Shown here one piece after another: positions 1-11,900 of a DNA stretch of 64,000 nt (positions are counted from its first letter, which is position 1; every line of letters begins with the position of its first letter). This DNA is from Zygnema circumcarinatum SAG 698-1b (taxonomy: Eukaryota; Plantae; Zygnematophyceae): the NCBI GenBank assembly GCA_037447605.1, contig CM074809.1, positions 1,044,689 to 1,108,688 on the forward strand, in the 5' to 3' direction. The translations under genes were made by a program, and so were the position numbers. The notes under the pieces are model-generated. The model saw only the letters and a list, made by a program, of their open reading frames with translations. It did not search any database and was not told the origin of the DNA.

Positions 1-796
1 GGAGTCTGTCAAGTATGAAGAAAAACTCATTGAATCCACGAGGCGATGCATTCACGTGGGAGATATTTCGTTCCGCCCTCCATACTTTTAGCTCTTGAAG
101 GGCCGATGGGTATGACTTCCGGAGATGTTTGCACATCCGCTCAGGCTACATCCAACATAGAAATGCGAAAGATGGAGAAAACAAGTAAGAACAACGACAC
201 ACCAAAAAGTAGTAGACATCCTTACGACTAAAGGTGAGGTGAAGCATCTAATACACACCTTGCTCTTAAGTCACTTATTCTCTTGCTTGATTAATGGGGA
301 TGGAGAAAAAAATAATCAAACAGAATAAGCCAACTAAAGCATATACAAGAAAACCGTTTCAGCATCGTCCACTCCCCTAAAACACTTAAAGCGTTACACA
401 ATTATATCGCGGCAAAACACCAAATAACACCTTTCCCATGATGATAGCCGACTTCCCCTTCCCACTGCCAATACAGACAGGCCCAATCGCCGCCTCCATA
501 ATATTCTTCCATTCTGTTCCGCCTTGCCTCTTATCCTTCAAGATCGCCTCCCGCACGTCGGGGTGCTGCCAGCCCAGCCCTGCTCTGCTCTCTTCCTGCT
601 TTTCTTTCCTTAACTCCACCAGTTCCCGCGGCACATCATTTTCCTGAACCACGGCCGCTACTTGCGACATGCCACCACCACCACCACCACCTTCATGCAT
701 CACCACCGCCAACCCCAATGCCGACGAGTCCTCCTTCACAATAACGTCTTTCAGGGGCATCGGTAAAGCCGGCTCTCCATTGAGATTTTCCCCCAT
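1..796 (-). CDS. Unidentified protein, first two exons (continues beyond window start)
   Basis: ORF from ATG 796 to a donor AAG|GTGTTA near 433. An acceptor TGTAG| near 146 continues in phase 0 (...SAIIMGK|PERMCKHLRKSYPSALQELKVW...). No family recognised. Confidence 0.55.
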
Positions 797-1039
797 TCAC
801 GCCCTTGCAGCCAGTAGGTGACGGGTAGCAGCAGCAGCGGGGCCTGCACGACCAGCTGTCCCAAACCTAAAGCTCAAGATAAGCGCCACCGGGAAGGACC
901 CTCAAGTCCCCCTCTTCCTCAGGCAGCCATAGCGAGAAGCTCCGCGAGGTGACGGGCGTGGAACTGGGAAGAGCCATGCCTCCTTCTCTGGGCCAGAGGG
1001 GCCGCCATGGCCTCTGCTGCGAAGCGCGAGGGGGCCGGT

Positions 1040-1350
1040 CAATGGTTGGCCATCCAATGGTTGGCCGCCATTGAATCCAATGGTGGGAACCACCGGCAAC
1101 GGCTGCTCGGGTGGCGAATCAATGGTTGGCAGCCATTCAATCCAATGGTGGGAACCACTGGCAATCGGCTGCTCGGGTGGCGAATCAATGGTTGGCAGCC
1201 ATTGGATCCAATGGTGGGAATTACTGGCAACGGCTGCTCGGGTGGCGAATCAATGGTTGGCAGCCATTCAATCCAATGGTACCCACCATTGGCTCCGACT
1301 GCTCGGGGGGCGAATTAATGGCTGGCAACAATGCCAATGGTTGATCCAAC
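1040..1350. repeat. Tandem array of about four 64-66 bp units rich in CCAATGG/CCATTGG
   Basis: CAATGGTTGG recurs at 1055, 1120, 1186 and 1251, with a degenerate copy near 1315. Unit is approximately CAATGGTTGGCAGCCATTCAATCCAATGGTGGGAACCACTGGCAACGGCTGCTCGGGTGGCGAAT. Confidence 0.9.
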
Positions 1351-2080
1351 GGTTGCTCTACCGGCCCAACCTGCACAGCGGTGCGCGTGCACCTGCTCAA
1401 GCGCGGCCATGGCTGCCGCTGCCTGGCAATCCGTACGGTACGGTTTACAGTACGGCCTCGTGTACGGTCCCTACTTGGCAGCAATGGCAGACGGACGGTG
1501 CCTCCATGTCCGACCTGTGAAGGTGAAGGTTTGCTTTGATGTGTTTCTGGTCCTTTCACCATTTCTGTTTAAAAATAAAAAATAAATAAGCTGCATAATC
1601 ACTTTACCCTTAAACAATAAGCTCTAGCCAGAAAAAGATGAGCCCTAAGCTTCTTCGTTCCACAGAGGCTGGCCGACGGGGATGCACAAGCTTTAGGTTG
1701 GCATGCGCAGCAAGTTCGCAATGTGTCTCTTTCAACAGACACGAGCGTGCCGCCTTGAATAGTGTGCGTAGGCATCGAAGTTAAAGTGGATCATAGGAAA
1801 GAACAGGCATTTCAACACAAGCAGATAACGGAAATGGCTGCACGGCAGCCTTGCACAGATTTATTTACAATCGATGAATGAATCTGAGCAAGGAGCTGAC
1901 ATGACGCTGCCGTATAACCCCTTCCATTACGTTTTCAATCCATGGCTGGTCTAGTAATGGACTAAGGCAATTCTCTTACTACAACGAGGGCTGAAGACCA
2001 AACTAACCCAATATGGTTTACTACATTGGAGCAGGTTATCAGGTTTTTCTTGAATGTAGAGAGATACATTGCGGAGGCGG

Positions 2081-3348
2081 CTAGCTTCCGGACTTGGAAG
2101 CTCCTGCAGAAAGAGGGAGTTGGAGAGCGCTTGGCAGTGCTGTGCCCGACTCAGTAGAGGTGTGTGCGGCGGGAAGAAGTGCCACTGCGGTTCCCTTCAG
2201 CACTTGCACTCCCTCTCCCACTGTTTGACATGTTGTCAAAAAAGTAACCCTGCTTCAGCAACAGCCCGGATTACATGAGGCGCACTACATTAGCAGTAGG
2301 TGATAGACAACATCTCAGACACTACTGGAAACCAGTGAGTTCTACAATCCACTGTACCTTTTTATTGAGCTTCTGAAACATGGAACACTGCCGTTGGAAC
2401 TCACGGCAGGAGGGGAGGGAGAGAAGGGGAGGGCAACGGGAGTGGAGGGAAGGGTGGATTGCTGAGATACAAACTTTGGAAACGGTCACATTATATGCCC
2501 TTACAAAGATGATTTTTGATCCTTAAAAAAATGATTGTTTGTCGAAGCTTTTGGTGAAGTCTACTTCTCGTTCAAGCCCTGAGAATTTGTAGAAGTTACA
2601 ATGTTTTAAACTTTGAGAAACCCAAAGCATGGCATACACGCCAGCTGGCCCGCATACCTGAACCGCTTGCGGTAGACGCTGACGTCTGTTACTTCAACAG
2701 TGGCTCGGAGAAGGTCGTCAGTCAGCACAGGGTGTGTAAAACGTAGTGTTTGCGACACATATATTGCTCCTGGCTGCCCTGCAGCATACACATCTACAAT
2801 TTAGGCTTTCTGCCATTTTTCATCATCGTAGATTAAACTACATTTGCCGGAAAATACGTCGCCAATGTGCTGAGAATGCAAAACGGCCGAAGGGCTGCAT
2901 GCAAAGGAGCTGTCGGCCTGCATAAGCGTTGCGTTCACCGAGGGTTTGTGTGAAGGTGGACGACAGATAAAATGCATAGTTGAAGCAGAAAACATACGAA
3001 GTGGTTTCCAATTATAGCTGGAAAAAGTCCTGCATAGAGCAGGCCATGGACAACTGTATCCTTGAATCCCGCCTTCGCTGCTGCCTCCTTGCAGACGTGA
3101 ATGGGGTTCAAATCTCCTCCAATTCGTGCGTACTCAGCGACGTCATGTGATGTGAACCTGCGCTCAGACTCTCTGATATCTCCGATGCAGACAGGAGGCA
3201 GTGCTGAACGCTCTCCAGTGGAGCAAAAGCGGGATTGGCAGCCATGGCGGCAGCTCTTCCAAATCTGCAGAGTTTCCGCTGATTTGAGGCGAGAAAATGA
3301 AGTAGTTCCGCTGCATATAATGAACGCGCGCAATGCAGGTGGATGCAT
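2081..3348 (-). CDS. MaoC-like (hot-dog fold) 3-hydroxyacyl-thioester dehydratase, probably organellar
   Basis: Three exons: ...FTSHDVAEYARIGGDLNPIH...VVHGLLYAGLFPAIIG, PGAIYVSQTLRFTHPV...ATVEV, and a last exon VTFLTTCQ...VLKGTAVALLP ending TAG at 2081. DxNPxH hydratase motif present. Start may be ATG 3348 or 3465. Confidence 0.88.
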
Positions 3349-3677
3349 GAGTAGAGAACTGCGTGAAGGCTGTGCTACAGCATGCTGCCTGCCTGCTCGT
3401 GAGGATAGCAATGACGGCCTCCGGAACCCTAAAGGCGTCCCATGTTCCAGTTGTGTCTGTTCCATGCGTAAAATCAGTCTGACGCGAATTTACAGATCTG
3501 AAACTGCACAGAGATGCTCATCCTTCGCCACTGGGCCATGGCTATTGATGCCATGCAGGACATGGCCATGGGTCGATGACTCAGTCATGGCCAGAGCTGG
3601 CCATTGCCATCCCCTCCTTCCAAAATGCATGAGCAATTGAGCATCCATCACGCCCTCCATCCATTCATCCAGCATGC

Positions 3678-3790
3678 CCATCCATCCATCCATCCATCCA
3701 TCCATCCATCCATCCATCCATCCATCCATCCATCCATCCATCCATCCATCCATCCATCCATCCATCCATCCATCCATCCATCCATCCATC
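3678..3790. repeat. (CATC)n microsatellite, about 28 units, with degenerate CATGCC-interrupted flanks
   Basis: Uninterrupted CCAT/CATC run between two divergent genes. Confidence 0.97.
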
Positions 3791-4059
3791 ATGCCCATCC
3801 ATCCACCCATCCATCATGCCCATCCATCATGCCCATCCATCCATCATGCGCATCCATCATGCAAACGCCATCATGCAGGTGCAACCCTACAAACCCTAAA
3901 AAACAAGGCTGCACTGGTTCAATCCTTTGAGCTTTTAGAGCTGCTCTGCTCCCTTGGGCATGGCTGCAGGATGTGCAGCAGCAATAGGCTGTCAAAGCTT
4001 AGGGTTCGAGGCTGTCTACTCAAAGCTGCGTGGAACTTGCTGCCTCGCTTCATGCGAGA

Positions 4060-6503
4060 ATGAGGATGGATGTCTCGGAGCTCCCTTCCCCGAGCCATGG
4101 CGGAACCCTCTCGCCTCCTTCCTCCCATGGCGACCATAACGGCGATTTCGCCATCACACTGGCCTCCTCCACTAACCCTTTCTCCTCCCATGCGTGGCGG
4201 ACTGACAACAGTCAGGCATTGCCAGATGCAACTCTATCTCGTCCTCTTCCTTCTCTCCCTCCATTCCTCCAGCAAGAACAGCTTCCCATAGGGCCTGCTC
4301 CAGAACTTCGACCGAAGTCATTGTCACTTTTATTAAATAGAAAGAACTCCGCCTCTTCCGACATTAAAGAGAAACAATTGTGTTCGTGGAGGGAAAGACT
4401 GCGAAAACGGAAGCACACTGGTGAGAATCTTCAGATTAAAGAAGAGGGAGAAAGTTTAAACGGCATGTCGACAATAGTGATACCATTGCGGGCAACTCCT
4501 AATGCCGCTCGACAGTATTTCAAGTCGACTCCTTTGCGTCCAAAGACTGCAAAAACTCGAAGTTCGTCCAGCTTGCAGGTTTCTTTGGCTTCAGATTCAT
4601 TTTCTACTCCCGAACGGCAGGCTGTATCGAATGTGTCATTTGACCGCCTGCCTGCCTCTTTTTGCAAAGTGGATGCGGTCCAGCTGGCAATGCGTTTGGT
4701 GGGAAAGCATTTGCGGAAAGAGGATGTGGTGCTTCGGATCACAGAGGTACAAAAGCCCTTTCTCTTTTCGTGCCCCCGTATATATTACTTGATACCGTAT
4801 GAAGCGCACCTTGTTTTTTTCGTCGCTGAAAGCTCCCTCTTTGGACAATGGCTGCGTCCTGTGTGTTTTTAGTGCTGCCGTGAGTACTCTTCTTATCATT
4901 GATATTCACGTAGATATGTATCTTTCAATCAATTGAGGACTCGCAAGATGTCGCAGGTGGAGGCTTACACCGAGGGAGATACGGCCTGTCATGCCCGTTT
5001 TGGAAAAACGGGCCGCACGGCTCCTTTGGTAAGTCTTCTTTGTAGGTATTTGCAACTCAGCGTGTCCACACATGGATCCAAAACTCTCGATTGTTGTACA
5101 CATGGTAGCAGCAAATGAGCTTTTCTCTGCCTGGTATGAAAGGACCATGTAGCTTAAATCCCCAATCCGTCAAACCCATTCAAAGTGGAGGAGGATTTGA
5201 TGCCCCTACTGCCTGATGGATGGTGCTAGTTTGGTCCAGGAGGCCACGCGTATGTGTACCTCTGCTATGGTCTGCACAACATGCTGAACATCACCGCAGA
5301 TGAGGAGGGAATTGGAGCAGCCTGCCTCATCCGGGCATGCCAACCCGTCCATGGTGGGGCTCATCCTAGGATTTGTGGAGAATTTGCAACCTCTGACTTG
5401 ACTTTTTCAATTGTTTTCCTATATTTAAACGCCAACGCCGTCATTATCATCTACACTTTGATGGCAATGCATTTTCCCAGTCAGCTGACGACATTTCCAG
5501 CCATACCAGAATCAGTTTACTTAACAGCTTCTTCAATTGAGTGATAGGCGGGAGAAGCAATGGCTGCAAAGATGGTGACGATGATGATGATGAGATGGTG
5601 ACGATGATGATGATGAGATGGTGCCTTCATAGGATGTGCTTTGATCCCCCTCCTCTCTCTGTCTCCCTCGACCTCCTTTTGTGCCCTTTCCTACTTTTTC
5701 TTCTTGCCAAGTTTGAGTGTAATATTTTCGATGCACTGACTGCTCCTGACCTGTTTTCAGTTTTGATTTTTTGTTTGCTCTCACAGGGATCGCAACCATA
5801 CAACTAAGACGCGGCCTGCAAATAGAGGGACCCAATTTGCTGACGGGGCCTGGAAAGGTATTTTGAGACAAGAAGGAAAGGGTATGCCTTCCACGAGATT
5901 GAAAATACCACATTCGCCTTCTTTGTTTTCTTATTGTGATCGTTGCCTTTCAAATTCACCTAATTTTGCTACCGCTATCTTGTTTGTGAAGTGAAGGTGG
6001 GCCAAGCGTTAGGCCTAACGCCAGAATGGTCCCACCATCCGTTATATGAAGAAGGTGAGAGAGATTTCCAATTCAATGTGTCTCTCGTCCTGTGAAACAT
6101 CGGACGTCCTGCCTTGACCCTCATAACCACTCAGTGTATATGGATGATGTCATTTGAGCATGTCATAGCCCTGCTCTCTCTCTCCTATTTCTCCGATCTC
6201 GCATTCTCCCTCTCATTCTCTTCTTTCTGCACTCTCTTTTTTTCTCTCTCTCTCTCCCTCTCCCCTCTCACTCTCTCTCCATCTCCTCACCCTCCAATGT
6301 GTGGGGGATGGCCTATTGCAGGAGGACTGGAGCTCCTTGATGGACCCCCTCCACCAGAGGGGCTGCTGGCGGGGCCGCGAATTGGGATAGACTACGCGTC
6401 TGAGGAGGACAAGAGCTCCCTTTGGCGGTTTGCTGCAGCGGGAACCAAATGGGTGAGCTCTTCTCGCAAGGGGCTTGTGCCCGTGAAGGAAACTGCGTTT
6501 TGA
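4060..6503 (+). CDS. MAG: DNA-3-methyladenine glycosylase (AAG/MPG family)
   Basis: Six GT-AG exons join to LRITE|VEAY...|[20 protein letters not shown]...LIRA|...LLTGPGK|VGQALG...|GPRIGI...LWRF. Long S/P-rich N-terminal extension with a basic RERLRKRK patch. Confidence 0.95.
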
Positions 6504-7103
6504 ATGGAGGAATCAAGGCAACTGAAGCAAGAGTGGCCAAAAAAAAAAAATGGCGTAGAAGGACGTAGCCATGTAGAGATAGAACGACCCATGTACAGAG
6601 TCAGCGGGTGGAAATAAATGTGCATTTTCCTTGTATTCTTTTGTAGCAATGATTGTATGCCATGTGCCTCATCATGTTGATGTTTCCAGAGCATGCTGTC
6701 AATCTTCATGGACACCATCCCTTGACAATTTAAGGTCACATTCAACATGCACATTGAATCGAAAATAAGTGTAAGCATGCATTATTGTGTATATACATAA
6801 TTGAATGTAATTGCGGATCAAGAGAAGAAAACTGGCCGTTATCTAGAGTGAGGAGCTTCCAGGGGTTTTCACATCCCGGTTTTCAAAAGCAGCAACAAGC
6901 ACAAAAGAATGGCAAACATTCCTTCCCAATCCTACAATTCGATTCAATTCAATTCGACACTTCCGGAAGAATGCAGGTGGGCAGACACATGTTCGTGAAG
7001 CCTGTACAGCCTGTTAAGAACTCTCTAAACTTAAAAAAAGAAAAAGGTCTTGACGACGCCATCGGAGTTGGCATAGTTTCTCGAACTTCTGGCTGCAGGA
7101 ATA

Positions 7104-8486
7104 TCAAAATCTGTCACAGCAGCCTGCAGACACATGGCCGCCTGCCATCAGAGTGGGCTCAAACTTTACGAAGACTTTGGACGCAAAGTGATGAGAGGCA
7201 GAGAAGGGGATGCAACTGAGCTTCAAATAAAGTTTGAGAGGAAGAAAAGGGGCCTACGAGTGGGAAGCACGGGCCTGCTCCCCGGCTTGAGCCCCAGCTG
7301 CCTCACAGCTGCCTGCAGGGCCGGGTGGCGGGTGGCGAGGAACAGCTGCAGCGCCCTTTCTGTCATCCCACCCAGTCGCAGAATGCCCTGCATACACGCA
7401 GCATCCAGTTTCTTTCTTGTATTGTCAAGTCGGTGTTGACATCTATACGCATAGCCAAAACGGACATTCTGCTGCCACTGTCAGCAGTATGTTTTGGCTG
7501 GACGTCTGTTAATTGGAAAAAAAGCTCAAAATGCGGTCACCGAATCAACTTAATTTATCGAAATGCCGAGCGTGACAAATGGATGGTTGCTCTGTGAGCC
7601 AAATGAGAAGCACTTCATGTGAAAAGGAGGAACTGGATGCATCAATTTGTCAACCTATCTGTAAACCTGGATTGACCTCCTGACCTTCCTCTTCCTCTGT
7701 CTGCTAAGCTTCTCTTAATGCAGCAAACTGAATTAAATCTAGAATCATTCAACACATCACGCAACTTGAAACTCGACTATAACTCTTACATGCAGATAGA
7801 TGGCTTCAAGTAAAGAACGAACATTATAAACCCATAAACTCGAATTGTTTTCCAAACAACCATACACTGAGCTCGTCTTTCAAAAGCGGTAAAGGAAGAG
7901 AACTGAGTAAAGTTTCCCTTACCCAAAACAGCATCATCACAACCTCTTCAGGAATGCCTTCCAGCGACTGTACATGCTGAATGTTCAGAGCAACCACTTC
8001 AAGCGAAAGAAGATACAGTGACGCTGGGCCCATTCTGGGCACCTCAATCTCAGACAACTGCCTCTCTCTTGAGCTCCTGACGGTCCTATTTGCACGTCCA
8101 GCTCCTTCATCGGATCCTCTCCTAGCTAAATCATCACCTTTTCTTCCAGCCGCTCTTCTCTCCTCCCTCCTGCTACTGTTGGTGCAACTGCTGCTGCAAT
8201 TTTTCCCCGAAAGATTGCAAGAATTACCTAGTTCCTCTCTGCTTCCTCCATTGATGCTACTGCTGCTGTTGTTGCTACATGAAGCTGCAGATGCTTGGAG
8301 GGAGATTTCATCCAAGTTCAACGGTGTGAGAGACTCTGCCGAAGAAAAGTCGAGCTCGGCGGGAGTGCAGAAGGAAGACGCAGGCACCTGGTTCCGCATT
8401 GAGTCGTCCGCACATGCCATGGAATCAGCTTTAGTCCCCCTCAGCTGCGCAGCGCATACAATCGGCGCCAAAGCTGAGGTTAGCAC
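7104..8486 (-). CDS. Uncharacterised protein: S/N-rich N-terminus plus a short helical C-terminal domain ending PVLPTRCCDRF
   Basis: Exon 1 ORF to VMMLFW|GTAAGG, exon 2 GILRLGGMTERALQLFLATRH...RPVLPT, exon 3 RCCDRF* with stop at 7104. The C-terminus resembles a plant uncharacterised family from recollection only; needs a search. Confidence 0.7.
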
Positions 8487-8504
8487 CCATTAAGGGGCAA
8501 ACTA

Positions 8505-8915
8505 GGGTGATAGGGTTAGATCATAGTGAGGAAAGGGGTGGGCTAGAATTACAGATAAGTTAGTAACGTGGAATTAGGGTAGCGAGTAGACGAGAAGGTA
8601 AGGAAAGCCTGAAGCCACGGAAAGTGGAAACTGGATGAAAAGTTGAACAGCAGTTTCCACGAAATTTAGGGTTCCGGATGCAGAAAGGCGCGGATGCTGG
8701 AAGCTTCCTAGCAACGAGCGCTCGGCTCACAAATTAGGGTTAAGGGCCTCTCACTGCAGGGACGATGGAGTCGGAGGTAAAGCGAAAGGGCTCCAGAAAA
8801 GCTCTTGCTGCTACTTCGTCGGCGGGGGACTTCTGAGTTTTGGGGCAGGCTCAAGAATGAGGTAGAGGGTGTAGGAGCTCCTGCAGCGTTCACACAGAGG
8901 ACCATTAAACCCTAG
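8505..8915. promoter_or_regulatory. Short bidirectional promoter with telo-boxes (AAACCCTA/TAGGGTT)
   Basis: TAGGGTT near 8512, 8666 and 8735 and AAACCCTAG near 8908, between ATGs about 480 bp apart. Function inferred from known plant telo-box elements. Confidence 0.5.
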
Positions 8916-8962
8916 CATCTGCCCTGAATCCTCTCACCGAGACCTGAACCCCTGGAGCGATC

Positions 8963-11900
8963 ATGCTGGCTCTTCTCACACCTCTCGTACCGCGGCAGCT
9001 CTCTGCAGTGAGGCATGGGGGGAAGCTCCTATCACCATGGCGGCCTCTAAACCCATCAAACCCTAATTCGCCGGACCGGCCTGTCTTGCTCGCCCTCTGT
9101 GAGAGCCTCCTCCGACCCTCTCCTCTGCAGAGTGGCCAGAATCGGGGACTCTGTTCTGAGGAAGGGGGCAGAGGCAGGGGAAAGGGAGAGGGCGAGGGAG
9201 TTGGAGAGGCAGAGGTGGTGATTGTGGAGGGAAGGGAGGGCTCTTTGGAAGGGCCGGGAGCTGCGGAAGGTGAGGAGGTGGCTCTTGCTGTTGAAGGCAG
9301 CAGTGAGATAGAGGGGCGAGGGAGGAAGAGGAGGAGGAAGGTGGCGGCAGTGGCAGCCGCGGATGAGGGAAAGGAGAGCCTGAAGGAAAAGGGAGGAGAG
9401 AGCGGGGAGGCTGTGGAAACCTCCATTGTTGTTGCAGGGCCTCGGCCAGAAAATTATCCCAAGGTGAGAGCATTTGGGGCTTTCGTAAATCAGGAAATTT
9501 GCACTGGGTTAGTGAGGAGGAGGAGGGCAGGGGAGAAGGAAAGGCATAGGGAGGGAGCTCGTCTGAAAAGTTGACAGAGATGCGTCTTCAGTCATGTCTA
9601 TACAATCTATCCCTCTAGTACGAAATTGATTGAACACTTAAAATCTCAAGTAACGACTAAGTATTGTAGGGGCGAAGCGTGGCATGCATGAGTGCGGGAA
9701 GCACAGAAAATGATAATTTTTTTGAAGTACATGATTAGTTTTTGATGCGCAAATACCGTTCAAGACAAGAGAGATTGCCTCTATACCGATTCTGGAAGAA
9801 GGCTGCCATTTTTGGAACTACGTTACATGATCATGAGCTGAATAGCGAGCTTTGAGGTTGAAAATGGTTCTTCACTTTAGACGGATGTAGGACCAATATT
9901 GAACGAAATTTTATATCGAGGGAAATTTCTCATATGCGAAGAGAGGCTTAGTTAACATTAAAAAAAAAAATTGTTCTTTTTCCATTCCACCTCTTAACCG
10001 AAAGTCTCAAGGCACAGGAAGTTGCGGGATTGGTTAGACGCTACCGTGATATTTGTGCTTCGAGGGAAACAATACCACTACTGCATGCACTGCGATTATC
10101 AAAAAGTTCAACGAAGTAGAGACGAATTGTATAGTATGATAAAGGATAGCGTGTTGCAGTAGAAGCTTGTAAGCATCTGTTATCCATTTCATGTCTGCAT
10201 TCGTTTGGTTGAATGTAATATTGTGTCGGCTCAAGTGTTTTGTGGGCTCCATCAGGTGCTGGCGATTCCGCTGACTCGGAGACCCCTCATCCCAGGGTTC
10301 TTTGTCCCCGTTCAGTTAAAGGTAACGGAGCAGATTCCGCGTGTATTTTTTTTGGGACTTTGTCCTAAAAGCCGTCAATCCTTTTTAAACCTAAGACAAC
10401 TTCCTGCATACATGCTTCCCTGCAAGAATGTTGATTATGATTCCTCATTTCAATCAAGCTCTAACTCTTGCATACTTAGAACAGAACCTTTTTGCAGAGC
10501 AAGAGCTGTACATTATCAGACTCATGTATTCCTTCACCCTCTTTTAAACATCGCCAAATCTAGTGTCTGTTGTTGCGTGTTACTTTAATCTCGTGTGCAG
10601 AATCCCAAAATGGTGGAAGCCCTTATGGAATTGAAGAACCGGGGAACTCCTTATGTGGGCACATTCCTTACAAAGAAGGCAGTAAGAGAGGGGGCAGGGT
10701 TCATCTCGGAGGGGGAGGAGGGGTCGGCGGTGGAGTTGTACGGAAAAGAATTCAGCCAGCGGATGCACGAATACGGGACTTTTGCCCAGGTGAGTAACAA
10801 GTTGAGGTCGAGCAAACTCTATTGTGCTAAAGAAGGGTGAAACAAACGACCACAATTGACTCAATTGACCAATTGACCGCAATTGACTGACAAAGATACC
10901 CAGTTTTTAGTGCATTTCAAGAGTGCCATTCTTTCTTTCTTTACAGTAAAAAGTAGCGCCTTTATATTGGGCCCTCGTGGTTTCAGATCCTGCATGTAAC
11001 GCCGGGCCCCGAATCCACCCAAGTGCTGTTCATGGGCCACCGGAGGCTGCGCTGGACATCAGTGGTGAGCTGGAAACTCAAAAATAGACGAATTAGGGTT
11101 GAGAGAAATCAATTAGGGTTAAGAGAAATCCTTTAGTCTCAGGCTTTTTTCTACCTCCAGGCTGAGCAGGAAAGGATGTAAAAGGGACATTGCTTGACCA
11201 AGGTTGGCACAAGTTCTTCTCTTGATGGAGTTAGTTTTGGTTGATTCGAGTGTGTTTCTGACTTGATTAGAAGCAGCGAGTCATGTGAGGAAGTGATGCA
11301 GTAATTTGGAGGGAATGGAGGGGAATGATATGAAGTGGGGGAGGGATGTAGGTGGAGGAAGACCCCTTGACTGTCACCGTCGAGCATTTGAAGGTTTGGA
11401 TGAAACTGAACTCTCGGCCTCAATGTTAATGATACTAAACTATAGCTTCAAGCGAGCTTCTTTTTGCTGTCATTCTGTCTCCCTCTTTCTTCTCTTTCTC
11501 TCTCTCCGCCCTCTCTCTCGCTTGCTCTCGCTACAATCACAGGTTAGGAACCCTACCCTTTTTTTTTTGTGTGCTTTCTTCATCCAATGCTGGAAAGAAT
11601 GACGAGTTTGAGATTCTAGGGTTGTAGGACAAACCGTACGACCCTGAAGCGAACGACGTTATGAAGGCGACGGTGATGGAGGTGGTCAGCACTCTCAAGG
11701 ACCTCATCGCTCTAAACCCGCTCTACAAAGAACACATTCCCCTCTTTACGCAGGTACGCCCTGTTCTCTCTCCCCTCTCTCTCTCCCCCCCCCTCTCTCT
11801 CCCTCTCTCTCCTCTCTCTCCCTGTCCCTCTCTCTCTTTTACTCTCTCTCACACACACACTCACCTGCCCGCAGCACGTCGGAGACTTTAACCCGTCGCG

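Noticed and set aside
1007-1585. Many overlapping ORFs with repeated peptides (also 3490-4063, 14096-14575, 31212-31874, 33935-34303, 37285-38516)
   Set aside because: These are translations of tandem repeats or low-complexity intron tracts that lack stop codons.
5571-5623. 23-bp duplication of a GAT-rich unit (also the 20-bp duplication at 11091-11130)
   Set aside because: Ordinary intronic slippage repeats with no further structure.
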